From the NCBI GenBank assembly GCA_028023455.1, contig JAQFVV010000010.1:15934001-15998000 (forward strand): DNA of 64,000 nucleotides. The letters run 5' to 3'. The notes below the pieces were generated by a model, which was not told where the DNA came from, did no database searches, and was given only the letters and a program-made list of their open reading frames with translations. This document shows, piece after piece, positions 1 to 14,148 of this stretch; position 1 is the first letter of the stretch, and every line of letters begins with the position of its first letter. Both the position numbers and the translations under genes were made by a program. This stretch comes from Epiperipatus broadwayi. Lineage: Eukaryota; Animalia; Onychophora.

Positions 1-1804
1 CCCTAAGGACGATTTTATATTATTGATGATTAGGTGCAAAATTAGATGTGCATCCCATATAGAGATTTTGGAGTTGAAAGTGGTATTGGTGATTATCTGA
101 TATTGGTTGAGATACTGAAGAATAACATCAAGCCAGGAGTTGTTATAAGGTGGTGGTTTGTCAGTTGGGTGTATGCTTTATTTGTGAGAATTAATAGGCC
201 AAATCACATTTATGAATATAAAAAAAATACAAGACATACATAAATATACATATATAAGGTTAAATTAATAATATTAATCATGACATTGTTAAAGACTAAA
301 TTAACTTACTCTCAAGACTTTCTTTGAAAAAGTGTCATTCGGATCTTTATTGACCACTATTATTACAAATAAGTTCTAATTTTTTCCAGACCATGGTTTA
401 TTTAGGCAAGTAACAAAATGAAATAATTCTATTCATAGAAAATCCAAGAAAATTCCCTGAAAAAACTGCAAATTGATAACAAATATAATAACAAACTTGG
501 TATAAAAGTCTATGGATTCGAATATAATAAAGCATGCTATGAATCACTGTTTGGATTAAGAAAATCAATTAATGATGAGAAGATGACTATTATCCTCATT
601 AATGTAAAAGAAGTTCCAATGTATTTTTTCCAATTGCAAAGTGTGTTAAAAGGCAACATCCATTGCATTCATAAAACTTTACAAGTGGCATCCACAGATA
701 TAAACTTGAATTCCTACAGAAATGGAGTGATGATTTTGACTAAGAGGCAGAATTTGTGAATGAACTGAAATACAGAAAAATAAGAATATTGAATGTTTTT
801 AAGGCTAGTATTTGTTGAATGAATCAATTGACTAAATTTGTATAGAAGAAATACTGGTGATCACAGCGAACAAGTTCAGTGAATTAAACTTTGTTTGCTT
901 TTTTTACGTTCTATTTTTTCCTTATGACAATGGACTTATGGAATATCCTGCAGTATAATTTTATATTATTTTTATTTCAGATTTTCAATCTATTTAATTA
1001 TTGCTGCTGCTTTTATGTATATACAGAAGTAAAAAATAAAATTTTATCTAGAAGAATTAATAAAAAAAAAAGTTGGATAGTCCATAGAGAAGAGAATTGA
1101 TAGGATTCAGAAATGAGTTTTATATAATAAATCTTTATCTTTTAATAAATTAAGTAATTCAAAGATAAAATAAAAATAAACTCTGTTTCAATTTCACCAA
1201 TAATAAACCAGCCTTCAAGTTTATATTCAACAATTATAACTGATATATATATATAGGAATAAAAACTGGTTCATAATTGGAAAAACTTGACACAGCATTA
1301 AAAAAAGTATTATATATGTGTAGAGCTTAAGTCTATCAGTTTTTTTTTCTGAAAAACAAAATGATTGGATATGGTTTATCACAATTATCTTCTCAAATAA
1401 AGCAACGTTGCACAATATGGGTATATTTGCCAAAGACCAGAAGCATAGCTTGTGAAATTAAAAAGCAAGACAAAGGAAGGTAAAAAAAAGAAAAAGAAAA
1501 TTGGAATAAAAAACTTGAGTAAAAGAAAGCAAAAGTGAAGAATAATTAAAAAAAAAAAAAGTATTCCAGTATATGGAAAATGTACATTGTCAGTTTGTGA
1601 TATTTTTATTGTAAAAACAACTGATCTATCTGTGAGATAATCTGTAATTGCCTTATGTGGTTTAATGCAGTCATAGAGTGATGAATTCATAGCTGAAGGT
1701 TACCAGAATCAATAACAAATGGGTAATATGAATTCAACAAAACCCAACTTATGCCCATTCTGCCACAAATCCTTGAATACTGCAAGATTTCAGAAATACA
1801 TCTT

Positions 1805-1905
1805 GCATTGGTGGTTGAGAGGTCAGCGTGACTGCCTTGCAGGCAGTTGCCCGGGTTGCGGGTTTGCGTCCTGGCCGATGCTATGACACTTAAAAAAAAA
1901 AAAAA
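1805..1905 (+). mobile_element. tRNA-Gly-derived short SINE, subfamily A
   Basis: GCATTGGTGGTTGAGAGG (A box) ... CTGCCTTGCAGGCAG ... CCGGGTTGCGGGTTTGCGTCC (B-box-like) ... GGCCGATGC, then TATGACAC and poly(A). Confidence 0.8.
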
Positions 1906-2820
1906 CAATTTACCATAAGAATATTACTGATACCATGAAAATGTTATTCCAAGAATAAGATTAGTTCTTTCAAGATCTAAAAGTTGATAACTAATTTATT
2001 TGGAACTGTTATGATCTACTTATCATTTCAATGCTGAAATATCACATGACCTGGGAACAACAGATGCATAGAACCACGAAATCACTTTCTGCAACACTGT
2101 CTGACCGCTTGGCAATTGACAATCAAAATAATTTTTTTTAAAAATTAATTATTATAATTTCATTTTACACTCATATTATTAGCATACACTCAGAAAAAAT
2201 ATTATGTATGGGTTAATATCAGAGCAACTAAAACATTAATGATGATGCTAATATTTTTTAGAAGAAAAAAAACCCCTAAAAAGTATTATCATTCTTCTCA
2301 GAAGCTGAAAGAAAAAAAATGCTAACCACAGCAAGTAAAAACTCAAGATCTTGATTAATGAATGTTCACGCACATACAAAATCTTCAAATCAGCATTTTC
2401 GGAGTCAAAGCAATGAAAACTTTTTTATATAACAAAAGCATGGTTTATCATAACCGTATTATTTGATCCATTTATTTTAATATATAACAGTTACAAAAAA
2501 AACATTCTGATCAATTAAACTAGAAGGGATGTGTTTAGAAATGCATTAAAATTAAAATACACATATTGTAATTTGAAAAATCATTGCAATATTGGACAAT
2601 TAATCCCCAATTTCTGAAATAACTATTTTAAATAAGCAGTCATTTGTTAAAAATGTATTCTTTGCTTTGCCTCTTCAAAATTTTATTATTATTTTTCTTA
2701 ATATCAGCTATTTCTTCTATTTGAATATTGACATTATATTATGAACTTCCATGAAGCTAATTCCAATCACTACTAACCATATAATTACTTTTCTGTCTTT
2801 TTATAAGATTTTTCATGCAA

Positions 2821-2916
2821 GCGTTGTTAGCCGAGAGGTCATCGCAGCTGCCTTGCAAGCAAGTAGTTGGTTGCAGACGGTTGTGGTTCACATCCCGGTC
2901 GATGCTATGACATATG
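2821..2916 (+). mobile_element. tRNA-Gly-derived short SINE, subfamily B
   Basis: GCGTTGTTAGCCGAGAGG head, GCAAGCAAGTAGTTGGTTGCAGACGGTTGTGGTTC insertion, TATGACATATG tail. Confidence 0.8.
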
Positions 2917-3339
2917 AGAAAAGAGATGGGAGTATTTATGATTGCTTTCTTCAGATGCAATTTGAAATACTTTGCTCATGACATGATTATAATCAATATC
3001 TTCCTATATTATTACTTCCCAATATAGATATTAACATAACAATGCATAAAAATAAACAAAAAACTCAAAATGAAAGACAATAAAGATTTTTAAAAATTAT
3101 GAATTCTCTCTGTAAAAAGAATTTGTCTTTTCCCACCTTTCCTCAGGAAAGATAAAACTCAATAAAGATTTCAGTGCAAGATTTGCTAAGATACCCTATA
3201 TTAATAAAAAATGGTAACTATTTCCAATAGCTATATGAAATTATTATTCCACTGAATTTCTTGTTTTTTAAATAGTAAATTCATTAACATTTTTAGAAAT
3301 ATTTACTATTAGTAAATTAATTATGAAGTATTATCAATG

Positions 3340-3690
3340 CATTGATAAAATTATAAAAAAAAATTAAGCAAATCCGCCTTTCTTATTACTATTACCATGT
3401 TTAATTTATTAAAATTAATTAACCTTGCACTTTCAATTAACCAACAATCTTCTTCAGAGGTAACTAATACCAATACCCATCTCCTTATTATTCAGTTAAT
3501 CTTACACTTTCGACTAACCAGCAATCTTCTTCAGAGCTAATACCAATACTCATCTCTCCTCAACAGAGTAATAAGAAATGTGTTGGTATTAGTTAGCTCT
3601 CAAAAGAGTATGGTTGATTAATTTTAATCAATTAAGCATGATAATAGTAATAAGAAAGGTGGATTTGTTTATTTTTAAAAATTACTATTA
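3340..3690. repeat. Fold-back with tandem H2 hammerhead-like copies
   Basis: Outer arms at about 3340-3424 and 3611-3690. Inner direct repeats at 3427-3484 and 3505-3560. Confidence 0.65.
3501..3540 (-). ncRNA. Minimal hammerhead-like motif (H2)
   Basis: GCT-CTGAAGA-A-GAT-TGCTGGTTA-GTC-GAAA-GTG-TA-AG. A more decayed tandem copy lies at about 3423-3460. Stem I is weak. Confidence 0.5.
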
Positions 3691-4074
3691 AACTATAAGT
3701 GTAACTATATTTAGAAACATAAATATTTACAGTTCCAACATTAAATGTCTCAAGGTTAATCAATGTCTCAATAATTAAAGGTGTATGACAATTCCCTCAG
3801 CACTGATGAATGTTGTTTCATGCATTTGTTTTATAGACCTTGTAAACAATATTTATGTAACCCAATCAAAATGACCTTATAACTTTTATTCACTATTTAA
3901 AAATGCTGGATATCCATTGACCAGCGAATATTAGATAATAATCTGCCAGATATATGAAAATATCCCAGGCTTGTTTGAGAAATCATCAACTATCAAAAAA
4001 TTTTTTTAAATACCACTTAGACTCAAACACAGATAGACCAACTATAAACAACACCTACTTGAAACAGTAATTAT

Positions 4075-5925
4075 GATCATTTTCAATCAGTATTGGTCCT
4101 CTGCAGAATAAAAGTCACTCCAAGTTCAATCAATCTTTTCCCATCTCTAGACTCTCTTCTCCACATCATTCCAGAATCTTCATTATTTCATCCCTCCATC
4201 TCACATGTGACCTTTTTCTAGGTCTTTTATAATCTCTTGGAATCCAGTTTAAGACTTCAACTATCCATCTATTATCATCTCTTCTAGCAATATATCCAGT
4301 CCAACTCCATTTCAATTTCTTAATTCTTTCAATGCTATCAGTAACACCTATTTGTTCTCTCACCCATATATTTTGTTTTCAATCTCTTCCTGTATTTCTA
4401 ACATGCATCTCTGTATACTTTGGTGAGCGGTCTGAAGACTCTGGATTACTCTTTTGCTAAGTGTCCAAATCTCAGAACCCTAAGAAATGATGAAACATTT
4501 ATTAAAAATCTTCCTTTTCAAATAGATAGGCATATTTCTTTTTAATATTAAATTATTTCTACTGAAAGCACTCTAAACAAATTTATTTCTATTATTAATT
4601 TCATCCATTATGCTTCCATCTATAGTAGTGATCTAACTAAGATATTTGTAGTTGCTTATTACTTCTAAATCATCAATATCAATCTTTATTTTCTTCTTTT
4701 GAAAAAATCCACTGAATATTACTTTAATTTTTTTAACATTTATCTTGAGAACTACTTTCTTACTTTCATCTGATAACTCTTCCATTATTTCCTGAAGCTC
4801 CAAAAAAAAAAAAACCCCAACTATATCATCTGCAAAATATAGCTGTCCTAAATAATCTCCATTTACTTTTACTCCCTTAGCTTCCCATTTTAATCCACAA
4901 AATACTTCTTGCAACACTGCTGTAAAAAATTTTGGATATATGGAATCACCCTGTCTTACCCTCTTCTCAATGTTAACCTTCCTAGTATTATTATAATCTA
5001 ATTGTTGCTGTTACATTTTTATAAATATCTCTAAGGGTATGATAATATCCTGGGTCTTTATCTAGATGAATCAATGTTTTAATCACTGAAGAAACACTTA
5101 TAGAATCAAAAGCCTTTTCATAATCTACAAATCTAAAGCAATAACGGCAACTCATATTCATTGGTCCTATCTATAACCTCTCCAATACTTGGCTATAATT
5201 CACTTCACTAAAACCACTTTCAAATCTAGCTTGTTCTTTCAGTTGTTTAAAATCTAAAATTCACTGTAGATGAGTTGTAATTATCTTTGCAAAAATTTTG
5301 TACAGAACTGATAAAAGACTGATAGGTCTGTATTTTTTTATACCTTCTTTATCAACTTTTTAAAATGTTAATACTGCATTCTTCCAATCATCTGGTATGT
5401 CTTCATCATTTAAACACTGGTATATGACTTTACCAAAAAAAAAAAATCTATTTCATCACCTGCTTCTTTTAAAATATTGATTATAATTCCATCATTACCT
5501 GGAAATTTTCCCTTGTTTGTAAATTTAACTGCATGTCTCACTTTATTTAAAATCCTGGGCAATTCAGAAGATATAGTAGTTACAGACTACTTTTCTTTGT
5601 TCTTTATTGTGATATAATTTTTGATAGAAATCTTCTACCCATTTCATGATATCATTTCTTATTTTAGTAATAGTTCCATCTTTTTTGTCTAATACCAAGA
5701 TGTTGTTGTACACTCTTGAGACTTATTCTCTTATATAACTTTCCTTGTTAGTTCATAATTATACTTTCTTATATCATTATCAACTCTTTTTTGCACCACT
5801 TTAAAATTCTAAATATTCTATTATTCTTAATGCATCATTCTTTTTTTTTTATTCCTTCTTTTCTGTATAAATTATCTTATCTCTTGCTGCCTTTTCACAC
5901 CAGCTATCTTCATTGCAATTTTTAA
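4075..5925 (-). mobile_element. RTE-clade LINE, 5'-truncated and degenerate
   Basis: ORF fragments carry LYFADD and an RTE-type C-terminus (KLKWSWTGYIARRDDNRW...RW.DEI). A GVRQG-like motif (GKTG) lies near 4950. Many stops and frameshifts. Confidence 0.85.
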
Positions 5926-7341
5926 AAGAATATTAATATTAATAGAACATTAATTATATGGCATACTACTTTATATTTAACTGGTACACTAGAAAGTTAC
6001 TGTAAATATACATTTTTAAATAATATTCAGATATGATAACTATAACAATTATTCCATATTAATCAGCAAACTCCAAATTTCATCTGAAACATATCACTCA
6101 TCTTGGAGTAACATAATTCTTATTGAAATTGGGGAAAATTAGGGATATTAAAAATGAAGCATCTTAAAATAGAAAAGGTGGTTCACCTCACAAATACTTT
6201 AGATAACAACTTGAGTTATTTAAATAAAAACTAATTTTTATTATATCAAAATTTCTATTTTATATATATGTACAAACATAAAAAAAAGTATTTTCGTATT
6301 TAAGAAAACATTATGATGGTGAGTCATAATGGCAAAATTGTTAAATAAACTCGGTCCCTAGTTACATCATTGATGCATTCCTTAATATTTTTAGTAAATC
6401 AAGTATTGATATAAATTGAAAAAATTATAAACTTTATTTCTGAGATAATTTAAAGTGCAACTTCTTTAAACGATCCTATTTATAGTATATATTAACATAT
6501 TCCAAATATTTTTATGAAGTGTATATAATTTGAAACATTATAGTTTTGTTAGGATACTTTAAAATACTGAATGCCCTGCAATTAATAATTTAAAATGTAA
6601 TTAATGGTGAATGAAATCCTTTCTCATTCTCTTTCTTCCACATATTAACTTGAATTATTAGACAACTCAGGACAATAAAGTGGATTAAGAAAATATCATC
6701 TTTGAATAACTTAAAAACCATAGTCATAAATTTATTAAAAAAATTATGTATGATTTTGAAATATATATTTTCTATATTTATAAAAATGTAATAATGTAAA
6801 AAAAATTATATCCTTAAGACTTCATCATTATTGTTTTAATTAAAAAAAATATTCATGTACAATACATAAAATTTTCCTCTATACTTTTAAAAACGAAATG
6901 TATCTTAATGATATAAAGCAGATTAAATTTTGTGACATAGCTCTAAAATTTAAATATTAATAATAAACTGAGTTAAGAGATGAGCAATACACTATTGAAA
7001 ATGATCAAATATTATTTAGTCATAATATTTTATTGACTAATTATTTACTTATGAACAGAGCATCCCTGACTCATTTCCTCTTTATAATATATATCTATTT
7101 GGGTTCTTTTGGAAAATTGTGTAAATCTAAAATTAACTGCTTTAAAATTGCAAAAAGTGTAGGAAATTAGCTATATGTCAAAATCAAAAATCCTCACATT
7201 ATTCAATCCAAAATTGCCATTAACAATAAATTTGCAAATACACACTAACACAAAAAGACCGACATTAAACAATAGTAATAAATAATGCAAGATGATATAA
7301 TGTATATTTAAACAAAGTGCAAATAACTTTTAAAAATATAA

Positions 7342-7522
7342 TAGCAGTAGCAAACCCTCCATATAATAGCGCCACCCAGTGCAAGCCTTAGTAATTAATG
7401 GATGAAGGAAGGTTTGTGCATAAAATCCCCAATCTACTGCCTATACCCAAACTTCCTTGCATTCATTGATTAGTAAGGTTTGCGCTAGGTAGCATTATTG
7501 TATGGAAAGTTTGCTACTGCTA
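7342..7522. repeat. Fold-back remnant of the H3 family without the ribozyme core
   Basis: Arms TAGCAGTAGCAAAC...TAATGGATG and CATTCATTGA...GTTTGCTACTGCTA. The sequence aligns with 62300-62410. Confidence 0.65.
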
Positions 7523-10500
7523 ATACCAGTTTGTGTAAGCAAAGGAAATTGTGATCATGTGATAAAAATTTAATAGTTTAATAGAAAGTTCTAGTTTATT
7601 ATCTTTATTTTTGGGAGAAGAGAATACAAATTATATATGATAAATTTTTCAAAAGAAGAAGAAATGACCTAATTTATAAAAAAGATTAAAAAATCGGCTG
7701 AGCACTGGAATAAGTTTGAGTTACATGTTTTAACAGCATCGGTATCAGAAACTGAGAAGAACATGTTTGACAAGACAATGGTGAAATACATTGTCTGCCT
7801 TAAAAATTAAAAAGAATAAAGAAATTATAATATACCTTTACCTCAGAATACAACAGATCTTTATGTGAGAATTTGTCATAGTAATCATTATCAATTTGTA
7901 GTCATTATTTTGATTTACAATCAATTATTTGCTATAATAATAATCTTTTAAAAAAAAAATTCTGAGCTTTTTTTTTAAAATATTCATTTTTTTTTTTAAA
8001 AATAGCAGCCATTTTGTAAGATTAATGACATCATAAGATAGCAATTTCATTAAAACTGTCATCCAAGAATAAAATGATGACATTCACGCTAAAATGTACA
8101 AAGTTTATGTTTTGATTGTAAAAATAGAATACAATTAATGCACTTATCTAATTTTCATCTACTATTCTTGTAAAACAATCAGTGATTTCATTTATAACAC
8201 ATCCAATACATAATTGTCATTATAGTTTGATCACAAATGATAATAAAATACATTAATAAATTTTAAAATGTGTGCATTAGCTAAAATATATTTACTCAAT
8301 CAATTTTGGAATACAATTCTTCCGAACATTATTTTGTCTGCAACAAAAAATATGATCATCATAATTATAAATTATTTTGAGGGGAAAAATGATTTTACAT
8401 ATTATGCAGTTAATAATTAACATTTACGATGAAAGATTACTAAATATAACTTCAAAATATCATTTATTTGCTCAATTTTAGATCAATAATCTCGTAATTT
8501 GTTTGTGACATATTCAAGATAATGGTGGCATTATTGCAAACGTAAAAAATAGTATCAACAAAGTAAACAAAAAAAAATTAATCATTACATTATAACTATA
8601 GCAATCAACTGAACATTACATTTCTTTATCTAATTTTTATTTAATACTAATATCCTTTGTGCAAAATAAATAAATTTACAAACTAAAACAAAAATTAACA
8701 GGGGTGTGAAAAAATTCAGTTTATTAGTAATATATAACAAAAATAAAAATCTCTGATCATAGAATATAAAATGTACCAAAAATTAATTTTAAAAGATACG
8801 CTGTTAACTTTTTCTTTCTATATGATTTATTTTAGTGAATTTTGATTATTCTCTGGCTATATAAAAAGCAAATGGTGAACGCCAATAAAGACATTACAAT
8901 TGTTTTAAAAAAATGCCTACTGAAATGTTTTTAACCAATATACTTTGTCCATAGGTTAGTATTTTTTATATTGATAATATGCTTAATAAAATTTTTATTC
9001 ATTAATTAACATTTTCTCAATTGAAGCTTTTTTTTAAATCTAGGTTTTTATATATTTTGAATCTAAGAAAAAACAAATTAATTCTTGCTTATTTTTTATG
9101 AGAGATTTTTGATCTATGAGGATTTGGGGGAACCAATTGAACTAATCTGGAATAAAAGTATATATTTACATTCCAAAGTTCATTATCATTAAAAAAAAAA
9201 ATGTGCCACTCAGAAAATTACAAGAGACACTGGTAGCATTATTAAAATAGTATTTATTAATTAAGTTTTTGAATTTAAACTGTTAATTGAAAAATTGAAC
9301 TATGAATGATCATTTCCATATTTGCAAATGTTAATATCAGTAATAGTAAATGTAATCTTCCTTTTCTTGCATATTGATTTCTATATTTACATATGATACG
9401 ATTTCTAACTTTGTTATATACACTTCAACAATACTATTTTATATATATAATATTATTTAAAAAAAAAGTTAATACTTAGTTATAAAAAATATATAATAAA
9501 ATTAAAAAGATTATAAGTTAATTAAAAATAGAAGTAAAAAAAAATAGAAATAAAACAATATTTAAAAGTTAAAGTTTTAAATTTACAATTAAAATTATAA
9601 TAAATAGATTTAAAATAAATTAAGAATAATATAAATAAATGTAAAATAAAATTAATATAAAGTAATATAGTACAATGGAAATGATCATTTATAATGGTCA
9701 GGTTAAGATGTATGTTTGATTATGTATATAAATATGTATATAATGTATTTATTGTATGATTATATATTTGGATATTGTAGCTCTGATGATCCCTGCAGGA
9801 CACTCGAAACTGTAAGAATAAAGTTTTGATATAAAAAATAGGGTAGCTGAAGTGTATAAGAACGTTGGAAATGGTATAATAGTAAATATACATTTAGACA
9901 GATTCCTGTATTTAATACAACAATCTATTCTAATATGATTACTAAATGCAATTTTAATAACAAAAAGCAGAGCCTTCCATAAGAAATTGTTCTAACTAGC
10001 CCAACAAATTAAAAAAAAAAAATCAGAATTGTTTCTTATCACATTATTAAGAATTTATACTTCACTAACATTCTCTTAATATACATGTTTGATAAAAAAA
10101 AAAAAAAAACCTAACAAAGTATATCAAAATAAATTTTAAGGAAACATTATCTCAAAGAAAGAGGAAGACATATAAGTTAAAATAATTAATTGAAATAACA
10201 TTTCTAATTCACATGAAAAACAAAAATTGGATTTCTTCCGTTTGATATTAAAAAATAAAATAGACATTGCAAATAGCTCATCATCTAGATGAATCTGTGT
10301 CTCAATCAACTATTAAGTATATACTTTAATTTTTCTCTTTTGTTTATATCCTATATAACTTATAAATATTCAATTTTATATCTGTTTGCAGAAAATTCAC
10401 ATTAAGCATGATTGTTTTTGTCAGTCAATCCAGGCTCCAAGTCTATCACCAAAACATCCAAAAATACATAATAAGCATTATTCACAGGTCAGTCAATTAC

Positions 10501-10832
10501 TAAATGGCACAAAAGTTTAAGATTTTTTTCTTGTTTTACTTTTTAATTACTCATTTATTGATCACTGATAGGATGCCAGTTAGATTGGTTATGAGGGGGT
10601 GGTGTGATTATTTGGGCGAAAAATCTGCTTATAATCTAAAAAAAATTCTAAGTTTCATCCACTACATATTCAAACACTAAATAACAGGTGTAGCAAGTGG
10701 ATGTGTTGACTACTGTATTATAAATTATTTACAGCAATCATATATTCTTAACCATATATAATTAAAATGGGGGGGGGGGACTCAATAAATTTAACTTTAT
10801 TACAGTATAAGCAATTAAAATATTCTATTATT

Positions 10833-10937
10833 GTCAAGCATTGGTGGTCGAGAGGTCAGTGACAGTTGCTTTACAAGCAGTTGTCCCGGGTTAGCGGGTT
10901 CGCATCCCAGCTGATGCTATGACACATGAGCCAAAAA
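10833..10937 (+). mobile_element. tRNA-Gly-derived short SINE, subfamily A, with TSD
   Basis: GTCAA leader, tRNA-like body and tail. TSD ATTCTATTATT at 10822-10832 and 10938-10948. Confidence 0.85.
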
Positions 10938-12844
10938 ATTCTATTATTTATACATAAAACTGCTAAAATAGTTATTTTTCATATTATTTCTATAGTCAGT
11001 AACAAAAATTCAACATAAGCTATAACTGTCTAGACAAATGTACAGACCCTCATTATATCAATATAAAAATTTATATGTGAACATATATAATATTTTTCTA
11101 TTATAGTAAAAAAATTAAAATTAGAATGCTTAAAATTTTAATTAGAAAATTTATTAAGCTGAATATATCTTATCCAAAAACACCCATATATTTCTATCTA
11201 CCAACTCAACACTAAAAATAAGAAATAATAAAATTTTATGAACACTGGATACATGGTAAACAAAGTATCACCATTTCTACAGATTACATTTACAGTTTAA
11301 ATCAGCAGCAGTAATCTGCATTATCATCACTTTATTCTAAAGCTATATGTTAATGTATATTTTAAATTACTTTAATAATCTTATATAATGCACAATTACA
11401 ATGCCTACACTGTTCAGTAACATTAGACTACAAGTGGTATCTCATACTGCTTCTATGATATGTATTTGTTTTACATAATTGTCACTTCAAATTTATTTTT
11501 TTATTACAATTATTTACAATAAATGTTAAATTATTAGTAAAAAAAATTTTTTAAAGCACAGTCAGAAAATGAAATATTACTTTTGTTTGGATTCAGTTGA
11601 CAGCTTTTTATAAATAATTAATTGATTTGTTTATAATTGGTTATTTTAATTCAAATTTGCATATATGCTTATTCATATGCTTAATGAAGTGGTTTCTTCC
11701 TTCTTTATAACCTAAAGGTAGTGAAGTTCATCATTAAATAAATTTAATACTTATTGTGGTCATTAGTTATAACATGTTTTTATTATATTTCCTTTTAAAA
11801 AAGCATTAACAAAAAAAAGGAGCTATCATTCAAAAAAGATAAAACAGAAAGGAGTATAAAATTAAAACTATATGAGCTAAATTCAAACTGATTTTATTTT
11901 TGTAAAATAGACATATTTAAGAAATACTGAGAGGGATACCTATTCAATTTAAAAAAAAACAATATACATTTGAAAATTTATAGCCATGGTACTGATTATA
12001 GCATTGCAGGTTAAGTGAAAAGTAAGTCATCTGTAGCTTTCTATCAAGTTCTACAGGCTTTATAATCAACAAAATTGACAAAATAGTTGTTTTAGAGAAT
12101 AATCATGAGGGTGAAAGTGCCACTGAAATCCAACCAATACTAATCTTGTTTGTACAATAATAAAAGAACTAGTTTAAGACTAGATGATTTCCTAAACATA
12201 GCACAAAGTCATAATCTTAGGTCATCTATCATTTAATAACAAGATAATAACATTCAACATGTCCTTCAAAGCAGATGACAAAGATTATGCATAAACTTTT
12301 TTTTATCCAACATGAAATAGCATAAGGAATACAAGCTAATTAATTATTCAATAACACTAAAATGCTAATCTTCCCTTCATACCCTAAGAATGTGCTTATT
12401 TAGCTTAACCTTTCCTTTATCCCTTGATGACATGACAATATCAAATACTCTGCATTCCAAAATATTTCAGGATATCCTGTTATTATTGCAACTATTTGGA
12501 TATCATATATTAATTTTTGTAAAATCTACTACATTTTAATTTTGTTCCACAGACAATACTGCTTGCACTGCAAAAAACTTGTATTTATACTATAGCAAAG
12601 ATGACTTCAATGGATGTCATTAATGGAACTAGCATGCAAAAAAAAGTTTAAAAAAATATTTACAATTTTAATATATATAATGAGTTATCTATTTATATAG
12701 GACTGTTTTTAATCTGCAATAGTAATTAGGGATCACTCCACTACACATGCGCTAGATAAATTTAAACATTTAATTAATACTCTCCTTTCCAAATACATTT
12801 ATCTTAACTTCCTTTAATTCAAGCTAAGTACCTACTATTAGTCA

Positions 12845-13500
12845 GATGCTATCAAAAAAATAAATATTTTTTTTATTCAGAGGGCGCTCCAGTATCAAAT
12901 ATAACAGGTATACTTAAAAAATTTAGCTTTATTAAAATTTGGAAATTTATTTATATAACATTTAAATGTTTTCTTTAATTCACATTAAACCTTTAAAAAA
13001 AAATTGCTAAAGCAACTAATTATTAGAAAAACTATGGTCTCCACCATTAAAAAACTGCTCTGAAAAACACTATGTGCTTTTAACTACAGAGGTGTAGAAT
13101 TTAAATCATAAAAAAAATATGATTACAGTATATAAATTCATGTAAATGTGATATATAGTGAGGGGGGAAAATAAGATGCTTTAGTATTGTGTTTACATTT
13201 CCTTTTCATTAGTAAATAATTGAAATCGAATCATTGATCTTTCAAAGGGGCTACATTTCTTACATTTAATATATATTAAAATCTTTTGTTTAATTTACAT
13301 TAAATCTTAAAAACTTTTGGTTATCATATAATTGAAGTTAAAACAATGGCCTTCTGGCTGGCTATATTTCTCACATTTAATATATAATATTAAAATCTTT
13401 TGTTTAATTTACATTAAATCTATAAAAAAAAAAATTGTTAAAGCAACCAATTAAAGATAAAAAAATCCCTGGGCTTTACATAGCTCGGATGCAGTCTTGT
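12845..13500 (+). mobile_element. Non-autonomous Helitron-like repeat, copy A, with internal subrepeats
   Basis: Shares GATGCTATC...GAGCGCGCTCC...TTGTTAAAGCAAC blocks with 51234-52451. Has a 3' GC hairpin (CTGGGC...GCTCGG) followed by a degenerate CTAGT-like end. Confidence 0.45.
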
Positions 13501-13643
13501 CTTAATAATAATATATCAACGTTACAAATAAATTTTTTAAAAAAAATCAAAATAAATAATTTCATTTTAGTTTTCAAGATAAAAAATATTTTTCAATGAA
13601 AAATAAAGTTTATATCTGAAATTTAAAAATTCAACTTATTTAT

Positions 13644-14148
13644 TGGAATGTCTGCATATATAATTTAGTATAAATAAAATGTATTTATCACTAGATATGC
13701 ACAAATTGTTTTTACTCACAATTACTCCCTAAAATCACCCTATATTGTTGAAAATTAAAATATATTAAAAGACATGTATGTAAATTAGAGCATTAGAAAA
13801 AACTGATATAAAGACAGGAGAGAGAGCTACTTCTGTGCAAAAATGAGACTAAAAGTTTCAAAGTCATTTAATGGTGCTAAGACAGAAAAAGCAGCATTGT
13901 AAGGTCAAACAAAATGCTTCCAAACAAAGCATAAAACTTTTAAAATTTTGTTAGACCATCCAAAGGCAATAATAGCGGTTATTCTTACTGTTATTATTTG
14001 GTATGTTATGAAGTAAACTTAAATGTTTAATATTTTCTAGTTTAAGGTCTGCCTTAAATAAATATTAATAAACACTATTATATATCTGTTCTTCGTATAC
14101 TGTGTAATTTATTATTGCTGTCTAACTGGTATTGAGATCCTCAAAACA
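13644..14148 (+). repeat. 5' LTR of the Gypsy element
   Basis: Aligns end to end with 17672-18181, with many substitutions and indels. Confidence 0.88.

Noticed and set aside
46-243. ORF 46-243 as a gene
   Set aside because: At most a decayed LINE endonuclease tail (GIGDY resembling SDH; IRWW). Too weak to call.
1560-1800. Cys-rich trace resembling a PHD finger of LINE ORF1
   Set aside because: It needs several frameshifts and stops to assemble; not supportable.
1805-1881. SINE copies read as real tRNA-Ala or tRNA-Val genes, or as HDV-like ribozymes
   Set aside because: The T arm is disrupted by insertions, poly(A) tails and TSDs are present, and I could not build an HDV double pseudoknot.
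9165-9195. Minus-strand NDNELW resembling the FBXO11 F-box end (NDTELW)
   Set aside because: It is preceded directly by a poly-T run and has no upstream F-box residues; a chance match.
10391-10487. Plus-strand AG...GT bounded open segment, a possible nested exon
   Set aside because: No recognisable protein similarity and no partner exons. Such sites are common by chance in AT-rich DNA.
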